A stretch of 64,000 nucleotides of DNA, from the NCBI GenBank assembly GCA_050949565.1, contig JBMNFY010000010.1:352611-416610 (forward strand). Reading direction: 5' to 3'. Of the stretch, positions 45,502 to 54,675 are shown piece after piece (within the stretch, counting starts at the first letter, position 1; the number at the start of each line of letters is the position of its first letter). Under the pieces are notes generated by a model. The model made no database searches. It was given only the letters and a program-made list of their open reading frames with translations, and had not been told where the DNA came from. Source of the DNA: Kiritimatiellia bacterium (GTDB taxonomy: Bacteria > Verrucomicrobiota > Kiritimatiellia > RFP12 > UBA1067). The translations under genes were made by a program, and so were the position numbers.

Positions 45502-46248
45502 ATGAATCCGGAAACACTCCAGAAACGATTCCTTGCGCAGATCGGGGATTTGGCCTCGATCCGCCGACTGCTTGACCTGCTGCCGGATGTCGGGTTCTTC
45601 ATGAAGGACAAACATGGGCGCTTCATGTTGAACAATCAGCGGGCCTGCCAGTTCTGCAACGCGGAAAACGAACAACAGACGATCGGCAAGACCGATTACG
45701 ATTTCTTTTCCAAGGACCGCGCCGATTTTTATGTCCGCGGCGACCACGAGGTGATGGAGAGCGGTGTCCCGGTCATTAACCAGATCGCGCCCGCGCCCGA
45801 ACATTCGGACCGCCTGATGATCCATTCCAAGCTTCCGCTCTACGACAAACAAGGCCGCGCGATCGGAATTGTGGGGTTTCACCGCATCATCGATGACCTG
45901 CGCGACACGCCCCGCTGGCACGGGCGCTTTGCACAGGTCGTGACGCACATCCACAAGCATTACGGGCAGAATCTTGAAATGAAGAAGCTGGCTCAGTTGG
46001 CCGGCGTGTCGCAAAGTCAGTTCGAGCGTCGCTTCAATCGCATCTTCGGCACCACGCCCTACGAATACCTCCTGCGCGTGCGCATCACGGCTGCGCGTGC
46101 CCTGCTGGAAACGACCGAGCGGACAATCGCGGACATCGCCTGCGAGACCGGCTTTTACGACCACAGCCACTTCACGCGTACCTTCAAGCGGGTCGTGGGA
46201 CTTTCGCCCGGCCGCTACCGCAAGCAACATCTTGATGCCGGATTGTGA
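45502..46248 (+). CDS. AraC family regulator with N-terminal PAS domain
   Basis: FFMKD..GRF, IGKTDYDFF (PAS); C-terminal AraC HTH with IA...GFYDHSHFTR.FK...G.SP..YR. Confidence 0.93.
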   Translation: MNPETLQKRFLAQIGDLASIRRLLDLLPDVGFFMKDKHGRFMLNNQRACQFCNAENEQQTIGKTDYDFFSKDRADFYVRGDHEVMESGVPVINQIAPAPEHSDRLMIHSKLPLYDKQGRAIGIVGFHRIIDDLRDTPRWHGRFAQVVTHIHKHYGQNLEMKKLAQLAGVSQSQFERRFNRIFGTTPYEYLLRVRITAARALLETTERTIADIACETGFYDHSHFTRTFKRVVGLSPGRYRKQHLDAGL

Positions 46249-46254
46249 GGTTCT

Positions 46255-47265
46255 GTGACCACCCCGCTTACCCGTTATCTCGAACTCATCCCGCACATCG
46301 GTGCCGGGCGCGCCCGCGCTTTGCAACGTGAAGGATGTCTCTGTTGGCGCGACCTGCTGGATGCCCCGCGCCCGCTCGCCGGACTTGATCCGACGCTCTG
46401 GGACACCGCGCGTGCCGCCGCCGAAGCGGCGCAACGCGCACTCGATGCCGACAATGCCACCTACTTCACGACGCGGCTCCCGCCCCGCGAGCAGTGGCGT
46501 GTGCTCGTCCAATGGCTCGACCGCGCTTCGTTCTTCGACATTGAAACCAGCGGGCTTGAGGCCGACAGCATTGTCACGCTGATCTGTTGTTACCATCGGG
46601 GCCAGTCACTCTGTTTTCTGGCCGATGAAAACCTTGATGATTTCTTGGAGTTGCTCGATGAAGTCCAACTGCTGGTCTCGTTCAACGGATCGAGCTTCGA
46701 TGTGCCGCGCGTGCTCGACCGCTTCCATATTCCTCAACTGCCCTGCGCCCATGTGGATCTGCGCTGGCTCTGCCATCACGCCGGTTGGCGCGGTGGCTTG
46801 AAGGCGATCGAGTGCGCACTCGGCATGCGGCGTCCGCCGGATCTCGAAGGCCTCGGCGGCGCGGAGGCGGTCTGGCTCTGGCAGGCGTGGCGCGACCACC
46901 AAGACGTGAAGGCGCGCCGCACGCTAAAACGGTACTGCACGGCCGATACCGTCACGCTCTACATGCTGGCCGCCCATCTCTGCCGCCACCACGGTGCCGA
47001 CGTGACGTTGCCGGTGGAGGCCGATCTTTGGGACTCGGTTCATGCGGCATTGCCGGACCTAGGCCGCCCGGACGTCTGCGCTGAGTTTGCCGATCACGCA
47101 CAGGCGGTGGCCGAGCCGCCACCACCCAAACCCGCGCCCGCACCGGTTGTCGCGGCTGACCTCTTCTCCATCGCGCAAATGGTCGGCGGCATGACCGATG
47201 GCCTGTCGCGCGCGGAAAAGCAGGCGCGGCTGCGCGAACGCTGGCGCGCTTTCCGAATGGAATAG
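46255..47265 (+). CDS. RNase H-like (YprB/RNase_H_2) exonuclease domain protein
   Basis: IP.IG HhH-like start; FFDIETSGL, LVSFNGSSFDVP, HVDL, GGLKAIE, Y...D. Confidence 0.85.
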   Translation: MTTPLTRYLELIPHIGAGRARALQREGCLCWRDLLDAPRPLAGLDPTLWDTARAAAEAAQRALDADNATYFTTRLPPREQWRVLVQWLDRASFFDIETSGLEADSIVTLICCYHRGQSLCFLADENLDDFLELLDEVQLLVSFNGSSFDVPRVLDRFHIPQLPCAHVDLRWLCHHAGWRGGLKAIECALGMRRPPDLEGLGGAEAVWLWQAWRDHQDVKARRTLKRYCTADTVTLYMLAAHLCRHHGADVTLPVEADLWDSVHAALPDLGRPDVCAEFADHAQAVAEPPPPKPAPAPVVAADLFSIAQMVGGMTDGLSRAEKQARLRERWRAFRME

Positions 47266-47458
47266 GGTTGCTAACCGATTGCCGCGACTCTTGTCATCGC
47301 ACTCGACAATTCGTGGCCTGAGTGTTACATTCGATCCAACTGATCTGACGAATCCGGCTGATCCGGCAGAACGGTGGAGAAGACAAGAAATCAAAAATGA
47401 CAGGCATGACCGGTTCGTGTCGGCCTGGTGCGTGCGAAACGCCTGATGAACATCGAAA

Positions 47459-47917
47459 ATGGAGGGACAAAACGTGGCTACACCAATCAATGAGGTTCTG
47501 GCGCAAAAGGGACGCATATTCATCACCATAGCCCCGTCGGCGACGGTGTTTGAAGCGGTTCAGCTTATGGACGCCAAAAACATCGGGTCTCTCCTCGTGC
47601 TGAATGCTCAGGGGAAGATTGCGGGCATCTTTACCGAGCGCGACTGCTTCCGCAAAGTGATTTTGGCGGGCAAATCGCCCCAAGAAGAGCAGGTCAAGGC
47701 GGTAATGACCAAGAAAGTCTTCTATGCCACCCCTGACATGACGGTGGACGAGTGCATGGCCCTGATGACAGAGACGCGCACCCGCTATATGCCGGTGCTC
47801 GATGAAGACGAAAAGATTCTGGGGATCATCTCGCTCGGCGATCTTGTGAAATTCGTGGTCTCTGAGCGGGACGCGATGATCCGGGACCTTGAAAAGTACA
47901 TCGAGGGCTCGTTATAA
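47459..47917 (+). CDS. CBS domain pair protein
   Basis: TVFEAVQLM..KNIGSLLV, GIFTERD, VMT, TV.ECMALMT..R.R..PV, GIISLGDLVK. Confidence 0.9.
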   Translation: MEGQNVATPINEVLAQKGRIFITIAPSATVFEAVQLMDAKNIGSLLVLNAQGKIAGIFTERDCFRKVILAGKSPQEEQVKAVMTKKVFYATPDMTVDECMALMTETRTRYMPVLDEDEKILGIISLGDLVKFVVSERDAMIRDLEKYIEGSL

Positions 47918-48004
47918 GCCTGAGAGAAGATGTTGGAGACTTTGGCGAAGCTCGACGCCTACACCAAATTAGCTCTGAAAGGGCGTGACATAAAAGGAGG
48001 ATCG

Positions 48005-48277
48005 ATGATGACACCTGTCTTTGTCCTGTTGATTGTCTTCGGTCTTCTGGTGGCGTACGGCATGGTTTCGTTTGCGCGGGCGGGATTTCACATGAGAGCA
48101 GCTCCAAAAACCGCCTTGCCGTTTTTCAAAGATCCAAGGGGGGCACTGGCAGCATTACTGATATCAGGAGGGACAACGTTCAGAAGGTGTCTGGTGCATG
48201 GTGCCGTGGCTACATTGCCAGCGTTTATTTCTCTTGTGGGCATCTTGATTTACGTTTTGATGACACACCACTCGTAA
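48005..48277 (+). CDS. Small hypothetical membrane protein
   Basis: AAGGAGG RBS before ATG 48005; two hydrophobic segments; no recognised family. Confidence 0.45.
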   Translation: MMTPVFVLLIVFGLLVAYGMVSFARAGFHMRAAPKTALPFFKDPRGALAALLISGGTTFRRCLVHGAVATLPAFISLVGILIYVLMTHHS

Positions 48278-48374
48278 AAGCAGGGCCAAAGACATTTGGG
48301 TTCACGACAGCGTGACAAGGAGTATCCAGAAGAAGCGTCAACCCTTGGCCAATACATCGATTCTCTCGACCGCT

Positions 48375-51029
48375 TTAATCTGTCTGATCTGTCCGCTCTG
48401 ACTGATTGGCGGCCTTCTTGAAGGCCGCAATCCTTGTGATGTTGAGATAGTTGTTTCCGCCGGTCCATACGGTGAGCAGGATGTACTTCGCTTGGCCGCA
48501 GCCGGGCATTGTGATGCTCCAGGTCGCGCCTTTCGGTTCGGCGTCAACGCCAAACGCGGCGGTCGCCGGAGTGAACGTCATGGCATCGGGGCTGCCCCTC
48601 AATTCGGCGTGTGAAACCGTGTACATTTTGCTGTGGTTGAGGCCGTCAATCTTTACGGCGGCCACCTCGGTTTCTTCGTTCAGCTCAGCCAGGATGGCGA
48701 TATAGCTTTCGGCCGGGTCAGCACGCCAGAAGTTATAGCAGAGCGGCGTCTGCGTCAGGGGCTTATCCGTTTTCTGCGTCAGCAGTCCCAAACGCTTTTG
48801 CGCATCGCCGGCATCAAGCCAATCACGGTCAGCGCGATTCCAATACAGTTTGTAGATATTGCCGGGATAGACCTCGTAGTTTTTGATTTCAATGGGTTCC
48901 AACCCCGCAGTCAGATGAGGTTGGCCGGGCACAATCTTCGGCTCATAGGGCGCATCGACCGTCCTGGCCGACATCTGTCGGGGCTGGTAGCCGTCGCGCT
49001 GCAACGCCAAAGTCATTTCCTGTCGCCACCCCGCCAGTTCTTCGGCAGAAACATTCAGCAGGGTCTTCACCTGCGGCAATTGGATGTCCGGTCTCAATTT
49101 TTTGAGCGTCAGCCAGTATCGTGTGTCCTCTATTCCCGCGCTCAATAGTTCCCAGGCGTAGGTGCTGCCGCACTTGCCATTCTCTTCCGGATAGGGCCAG
49201 GCGATGTACCAATCCTTTTGGTTCCAGTGGTAAGCAAAGCCCCAAACGCCCCTAAGGTTTGCGGCATCCGCCGCCAGACCATAAAGCAGTCTGGCGCTTC
49301 GCCCATCGTAGGCGCGCACCTGGGTGTAGACATACCTGATGTTTTCTTTGATCCATGCTGGCTCAGCGGCTCCCCACTGCGGGAAAAATGGATTGCCGTA
49401 CGCGGTCTGCGAGGCCAGGGCCGGATAACCGCTGTTGCAGATGTTCACGTCCAACAACCGCCCGAAATGCTTCTGTCCGCTGGCGCTGACATTGCTGGCG
49501 ACCTTCAATCCCGGTATGGATTTCAAGGCTTGGCAAAGCTGCGTGAATGAAGCGGTGATTTTGGGGTGCACATCCGGCTCATCATACGGATGCAGGTAAA
49601 AATCAAACCCTTCTTTGACGGCAAGCTCCTGCATGGGGCGGAAAATCTTACTGGCCAATTCTCGCCAAGCGGCATTTTCCGGATCTGCCGGTCCCGCTCT
49701 TTCTTCAATAGCTTTCAGCAAGGGTTCAAGAACACCGTAGATGAGGATTTTTTGATTCATATCCTCTTTTTTCAGCCATTGCAGAGCCTCACGAAAGCGT
49801 TGCAGATTCGGACTGCCGTCCGCGTTGAGTTTCACCGGCACTGTCCAAGGATCCAGGAAAAAGGTATTGATGCCGTGTTCGCGCAAATCTTGGCACTGTC
49901 TGTTTCTTGCCTCCGCATCACTTCCGGGCAGCGAATTCGTCCAGAGCCCGTAGATGCGCTCGCTTTTCAACAGCTTTATCGGCAGAATCTCCAGTTCCAA
50001 AGGTAAGCTTATGGTGTCGCTGAGCTTCAAGGTACTTCGATATTTATCCGGCACCGTCCCCTCGGGGATTTTCGCGATGATCCACATCAGGCTGCATTGT
50101 TTGGCGGGGATTTTCCACTGCTTGCTCACAATCAATCTGTCGGGTTGTTCCGCCGCGGCATCGCCAAACGAGGGATAGTGCAGGTAGTCCAGCGGGATGT
50201 GCGACTTCTCGGCCCCTTTGTGGCTCAACATGCGTATGTCGAAAAACGTTGCGGCGATACTCGTGCCGCTTGCGCTTGTCCAATCACTCATTTCATAGGC
50301 AAAGTGTTCTTCATTTTCGAGGGTTCTGGCCGCCACCAAGATGGCCAGGCGTTCTCCCGGACAGGCCTGCCACTGTAAACGGCCGCGCATTTCCTCCGGC
50401 GTGGGGAAAGAGCTGCGTTTGATGACCCTGCCGGGCACGGGGGTGAAAAACAGACAGTTTTTGTCTCCGATTGGCGTGAAGTCAACCTGCACATGCATGG
50501 CGTTGCCGCGCGCATCATTACGCAAAGTCAACGTGCCGTCCGTCTGCTTGGCAGACAAGCGGAAGACTTTGTCATAATAGGCATTTTGGTAGTTGCTGAC
50601 TTCGTTCAGTGAATTGGCATTGCCTAAAAAAGCTTCGCGCCTGTAAAGCGTGCCCGGCGTCTGGGCATTGAAGGGGATGTAATCGCTATCCGCCCGCACG
50701 AACCAACGTTGCCGTTCAGCCGCATAGAGCGGGGTTTTTACGGCGGGCAAGCGGCAGAGGTTAACCAGATAAGCCGGAGTGTTGATCGCCTCGGCCAGTT
50801 CCTTGCCGTTGAGGCGCATGCCCAGAAAGTAGCCGCCCCAGGCTTCGTTACCCGCTGGCAATTGCAGTCTGGCCCGTACGCGCAAGAGCGCGGTTTTGCC
50901 CCGAACCGCTTCCGGTATTGTTATTTCCACATTGCTACGGGGCGTAATAATCAACTCGCCGGCCAGACAGAGACCGGCTCCCCAGATGCAACCCAGCATA
51001 ATAGCGAGTTGTTTTTTTAGTTGTTCCAC
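48375..51029 (-). CDS. Large secreted hypothetical protein, probable glycoside hydrolase (GH123/DUF4091-like) with accessory beta-sandwich domains
   Basis: Start GTG 51029 with GGAGA RBS; signal peptide; PGE, W....IP....P..Y, DL.EHG.N, YDEP, WE....GIED.RY motifs. Confidence 0.6.
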   Translation of the reverse strand: MEQLKKQLAIMLGCIWGAGLCLAGELIITPRSNVEITIPEAVRGKTALLRVRARLQLPAGNEAWGGYFLGMRLNGKELAEAINTPAYLVNLCRLPAVKTPLYAAERQRWFVRADSDYIPFNAQTPGTLYRREAFLGNANSLNEVSNYQNAYYDKVFRLSAKQTDGTLTLRNDARGNAMHVQVDFTPIGDKNCLFFTPVPGRVIKRSSFPTPEEMRGRLQWQACPGERLAILVAARTLENEEHFAYEMSDWTSASGTSIAATFFDIRMLSHKGAEKSHIPLDYLHYPSFGDAAAEQPDRLIVSKQWKIPAKQCSLMWIIAKIPEGTVPDKYRSTLKLSDTISLPLELEILPIKLLKSERIYGLWTNSLPGSDAEARNRQCQDLREHGINTFFLDPWTVPVKLNADGSPNLQRFREALQWLKKEDMNQKILIYGVLEPLLKAIEERAGPADPENAAWRELASKIFRPMQELAVKEGFDFYLHPYDEPDVHPKITASFTQLCQALKSIPGLKVASNVSASGQKHFGRLLDVNICNSGYPALASQTAYGNPFFPQWGAAEPAWIKENIRYVYTQVRAYDGRSARLLYGLAADAANLRGVWGFAYHWNQKDWYIAWPYPEENGKCGSTYAWELLSAGIEDTRYWLTLKKLRPDIQLPQVKTLLNVSAEELAGWRQEMTLALQRDGYQPRQMSARTVDAPYEPKIVPGQPHLTAGLEPIEIKNYEVYPGNIYKLYWNRADRDWLDAGDAQKRLGLLTQKTDKPLTQTPLCYNFWRADPAESYIAILAELNEETEVAAVKIDGLNHSKMYTVSHAELRGSPDAMTFTPATAAFGVDAEPKGATWSITMPGCGQAKYILLTVWTGGNNYLNITRIAAFKKAANQSERTDQTD

Positions 51030-51226
51030 TTTGGTTCTCCGTCGTGGGCCTGCACGGCCTGTCTGTGTGCATATCCGTACAGGCAGATGTCGCGCTGTGC
51101 CTGAAATTGGGTAGGGGCAGTATCTCACATTCCGCGGTGCTTGCCATCCCCCCTTTTTCGGTGAAGCGGTTGTGCCCTTGATAAAGTGAATGTGGCCGCA
51201 TCGCCGAGTTCTGGTATACTTTGGGT

Positions 51227-52957
51227 ATGAAGTGGGGTTTGGCGATTCTGTTGGCGATTGTGGTCGTCGCGCTGCCGTTCCTTTTTCGGCGCGTGCCGGA
51301 GGCGGAAATAGGGGCGGACGCTGCTGAGTTGATTATCATCTCGCCGCACAATGAGGCAATCCGTCAGGAGTTCGCCGAGGGGTTCTCGCGTTGGCATCAG
51401 GCGCGGTTCGGCTCTCCGGTCCGTGTCGATTGGCGGGTGATCGGCGGCACGACGGAGATCATGCGCTATCTGACTTCGGAATATGCGGCGTCGGCGCGGC
51501 GTTTTCTCAAAACTCAGGGTATGGAGTGGCCGGCGGATGGTGCGCAAGCCGTGCTGTCTGGCAAACGGCCGGATGACGAGGCGCGCGGGGCTTTGTGGCA
51601 GGCTTTTCGTGCATCTGACGCACCGGATGAGATTACTTGCCGCATCGATCTCTTTTTTGGCGGCGGTGTGTATGACCACTCGACGGCGGAGCGGCGGGGA
51701 CTGACCGTGCCGGCTTGGGGTGCCGCAGGTCCGCCTGTGGGACTTTTTGAAGACGCCGAAGGGCGCGTGCTGATTCCCACAGCCATGAACGGCGAGGTCT
51801 GGCGCGGTAACGCCTACTACGGGTGCGTGTTGAGTGCCTTCGGAATGTGCTACAACATGGATCGTCTCGCCGATCTCGGTATCGACCGGCCTCCGGTGGC
51901 ATGGGAAGACCTCACCGATGCACGATATGCCGGTCATTTAGGACTTGCCGATCCCACCAAGAGCGGCAGCGTGGCCAAGGCGTATGAGATGATGATCCAT
52001 GCCCGTTGCGCGCAGCATGTGGCGGAGGCCGGATTCAGCCGCGAGCAGGTGCGGCGCTACGAAGCCATGTTTGAGCAAGCGACAGCGTTGACCAACGGAT
52101 TGCCGGAAAATGTGCCGTCCACCTACCAACAGGCGGTGGAGCAGGGGTGGCTGGAGGGGCTCAACTTGGTGCGGCGTATCGGTGCCAACGCGCGCTATGT
52201 GACGGATGCGTCTGCTAAGGTGCCGAATGACGTCGGGATGGGCGCGGCGGCGGCTGGCATCGTGATCGATTTCTATGGCAGGATGCAATCGGAACTCTCC
52301 ACGCCGCCCGGCCGCACACCGGTCATGACCTATGTGACACCGGTCGGGGGAACGAGTGTGACGGCCGACCCGGTGAGTCTGCTGCGGGGTGCGCCGCACC
52401 GCGAGTTGGCCGTGCGCTTCATCGAATATCTGCTGGGCGAAGAAGGGCAGCGCCTGTGGAATTACCGCGCCGGAACACCCGGCGGTCCGACGCAGTTCAC
52501 CTTACGCCGCCTGCCGATCCGGCGCGACTTTTATCCGTCGTCCGATCCGGTGTTTCAGGCTGCGCATGAGCGGCACCGGCCCTATTTGAGCGATCCGTTG
52601 TGGCAGCCTGACGTCGATGCCTATCGGCTGGGTGAAGCGTTTCACTATGAGGCGCGCTGGACCGGCCGCCACTTCGGCATTCAGCGTGATCTAATCCGTG
52701 CCATGTGTCTGGATGCAGGCGACGAACTCAGACGCGCCTGGCGTGTGATTCAAGAGAACGGCGGGCCTAATGCCAATCCCGAGGCTATGCGTCTACTGGA
52801 GGCGATGCCCGACACGCCGGTTCCGCTGACTTGGACCAGCGCACTCGCCTACTACGCACGCCAGCCACGGCTGGATGTGCTGAGCGCGTGGACGGCTTTT
52901 TTCCGTAAGCACTACCGGCTGGCCGAGGCTGCGGCCCGCCAGCGAAAAGAGGAGTGA
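51227..52957 (+). CDS. ABC transporter extracellular solute-binding protein (Fe3+/SBP_bac_6-like)
   Basis: N-terminal anchor; LIIISPHNEAI..EF..GF, IDLFFGGG, WEDL, LADPTKSGS, GIVIDFYG, ADPVSLLRGAP, F...L...GQ. Confidence 0.8.
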   Translation: MKWGLAILLAIVVVALPFLFRRVPEAEIGADAAELIIISPHNEAIRQEFAEGFSRWHQARFGSPVRVDWRVIGGTTEIMRYLTSEYAASARRFLKTQGMEWPADGAQAVLSGKRPDDEARGALWQAFRASDAPDEITCRIDLFFGGGVYDHSTAERRGLTVPAWGAAGPPVGLFEDAEGRVLIPTAMNGEVWRGNAYYGCVLSAFGMCYNMDRLADLGIDRPPVAWEDLTDARYAGHLGLADPTKSGSVAKAYEMMIHARCAQHVAEAGFSREQVRRYEAMFEQATALTNGLPENVPSTYQQAVEQGWLEGLNLVRRIGANARYVTDASAKVPNDVGMGAAAAGIVIDFYGRMQSELSTPPGRTPVMTYVTPVGGTSVTADPVSLLRGAPHRELAVRFIEYLLGEEGQRLWNYRAGTPGGPTQFTLRRLPIRRDFYPSSDPVFQAAHERHRPYLSDPLWQPDVDAYRLGEAFHYEARWTGRHFGIQRDLIRAMCLDAGDELRRAWRVIQENGGPNANPEAMRLLEAMPDTPVPLTWTSALAYYARQPRLDVLSAWTAFFRKHYRLAEAAARQRKEE

Positions 52958-54675
52958 ATGGCAGGATGATGCGAGAAATCAGAATAATCGGAGCGGCTGT
53001 GTTGGCTGCCGGCGTCGTGTGTGCGCAACCCGCTGCGCAGCCGCAGATGGAGCGCATTGAGGTCCCGGCCAAAGGTAGCTTCATGGGGGAGGCATTCACT
53101 TACACGCGGTTGCTGCGGGAACGCAACCCATCGCATGAGCGGTATGACATCACCTATCCCTCGCCGGAGGTGACCGATTTCGAGCCGAACAACACGGTGC
53201 CAGCCGAACTTTACTTACCGCCGGGCATGGGCCGCGACCGCGTGTTTCCGGCGGTGGTCTGTCTGCACATCTTCCACGGCAGCTTTGACTTGGAGCGCAT
53301 GCTCTGCGCGCGGCTGGCACAGAGCGGAGTGCCCGCGCTCTTTTTCAAACAGCCGTACTACGCCGAACGCGGCGGAGCGGAAGGCAAGGCGCGGTTGGTC
53401 ACGGACGCAGAGGTTTTCGTGCGCGGCTTGGAACAGGGTTTGCAGGACGCTCGGCGCGCGGTGGACATCATGCAGAGCTTGCCCGGGGTAGATCCGGCGC
53501 GGGTCGGCATCACCGGCGTGAGCATGGGCGCTATTCTGTCGGCCACCGTCTGCGGCGTTGAACCGCGCATCCACAAGGCCTTCCTCATGTTGGGCGGAGG
53601 CGACGTGCGCGAGATCATCATGACGGCGCATGAGACGCGCAAGCTGCGCGCCTTTATCGAAAAGCTGTCGCCCGAGGCGCGCGAACGTGTCTTTGTCTGC
53701 ATCGACCGGCTCGATCCCATCCGCGCGAGTGACCGGCTGAAGCTTTTGGCACAGGCCGACCGCCTGCGTATGATCTGCGCCGAACAGGATCAGGTGGTGC
53801 CGCCGGTGTGCAGTCGCCGTTTGGCAGAGGCCGCCGGATTTGCGGACCGCATCACTTGGCTCAAAGGCATGGATCACTATTCGGCGATGGCGGGTTTCCC
53901 GAAAATCATGGAGGATGTGGTCGCCTTTTTCGGCAGCGACGTTCCGGCCTCATGGCAGCCGCCCCCGATGATCGGCGAGAAGAGCGCGTCCCAACTGCTG
54001 GGAGGATTTTTGGCCGGCCTCTCGACCTTGCTGGGCGGTGAACCGACCGAGGATCGCGCACACATGGCGGGCGTGACGGCCGAGGTTCGGGTCAACGGTA
54101 AGCAGTACACCGCCGCGTTCGATATGCTGCGCGGCACACGTGGGCGCTTTAAACTGACAGGCACTTTCCCCGAAGTTGGCAAGGCCGGTCTGGGGCAGGG
54201 GACATATCCGTGGTTGATTGGGGCGGGTAAGCGGGTCTTCTGTGGCACTGAAGCGCGTCGCGATGATCTGTCCGTCACCGGGTTGGTCAATCCGCAACGC
54301 TTGATGAAGATGCGGGTGGCGGTGGGGGCGCTGGCCGCGGCCTCGTTCACACCCGAGGCACTCAAGCAATACTACACGCTGGGCGAAGTGAAAAACGCGA
54401 ATGGCAAACGCTTGGTCGAGGTCAAGGTAAACCACAAGAAGACGCGCGGCAATCTCGATCTGGCCTTCAGCGTCGACGGCACACCGCTCTCGGCGTCTTG
54501 GGCTTTCGGCGATGTGACAGGCACGGCACGCTTTAGCCACTGGCGTCTTAACGCGGTCTCAGACGATGCGTTGTTTGAGCCGCCGCCCGACTTGCCGCGT
54601 CAGCCGGTGCTGCATGAGGATGTGTTGCGGATGTTCGCGGCAGTTTTTGAATATCTGGTGGAGGCCACAGAATGA
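52954..54675 (+). CDS. Secreted alpha/beta hydrolase with an uncharacterised C-terminal beta domain
   Basis: Signal peptide; VVCLH, GITGVSMG nucleophile elbow, D.VVP, DH triad; GTGA overlap with the upstream stop. Confidence 0.8.
   Translation: MNGRMMREIRIIGAAVLAAGVVCAQPAAQPQMERIEVPAKGSFMGEAFTYTRLLRERNPSHERYDITYPSPEVTDFEPNNTVPAELYLPPGMGRDRVFPAVVCLHIFHGSFDLERMLCARLAQSGVPALFFKQPYYAERGGAEGKARLVTDAEVFVRGLEQGLQDARRAVDIMQSLPGVDPARVGITGVSMGAILSATVCGVEPRIHKAFLMLGGGDVREIIMTAHETRKLRAFIEKLSPEARERVFVCIDRLDPIRASDRLKLLAQADRLRMICAEQDQVVPPVCSRRLAEAAGFADRITWLKGMDHYSAMAGFPKIMEDVVAFFGSDVPASWQPPPMIGEKSASQLLGGFLAGLSTLLGGEPTEDRAHMAGVTAEVRVNGKQYTAAFDMLRGTRGRFKLTGTFPEVGKAGLGQGTYPWLIGAGKRVFCGTEARRDDLSVTGLVNPQRLMKMRVAVGALAAASFTPEALKQYYTLGEVKNANGKRLVEVKVNHKKTRGNLDLAFSVDGTPLSASWAFGDVTGTARFSHWRLNAVSDDALFEPPPDLPRQPVLHEDVLRMFAAVFEYLVEATE

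Noticed and set aside
46255-47265. RNase H-like gene as an anti-phage or Cas4-like component
   Set aside because: Motifs fit the common stand-alone YprB-like family; no helicase, cas or defence genes adjacent
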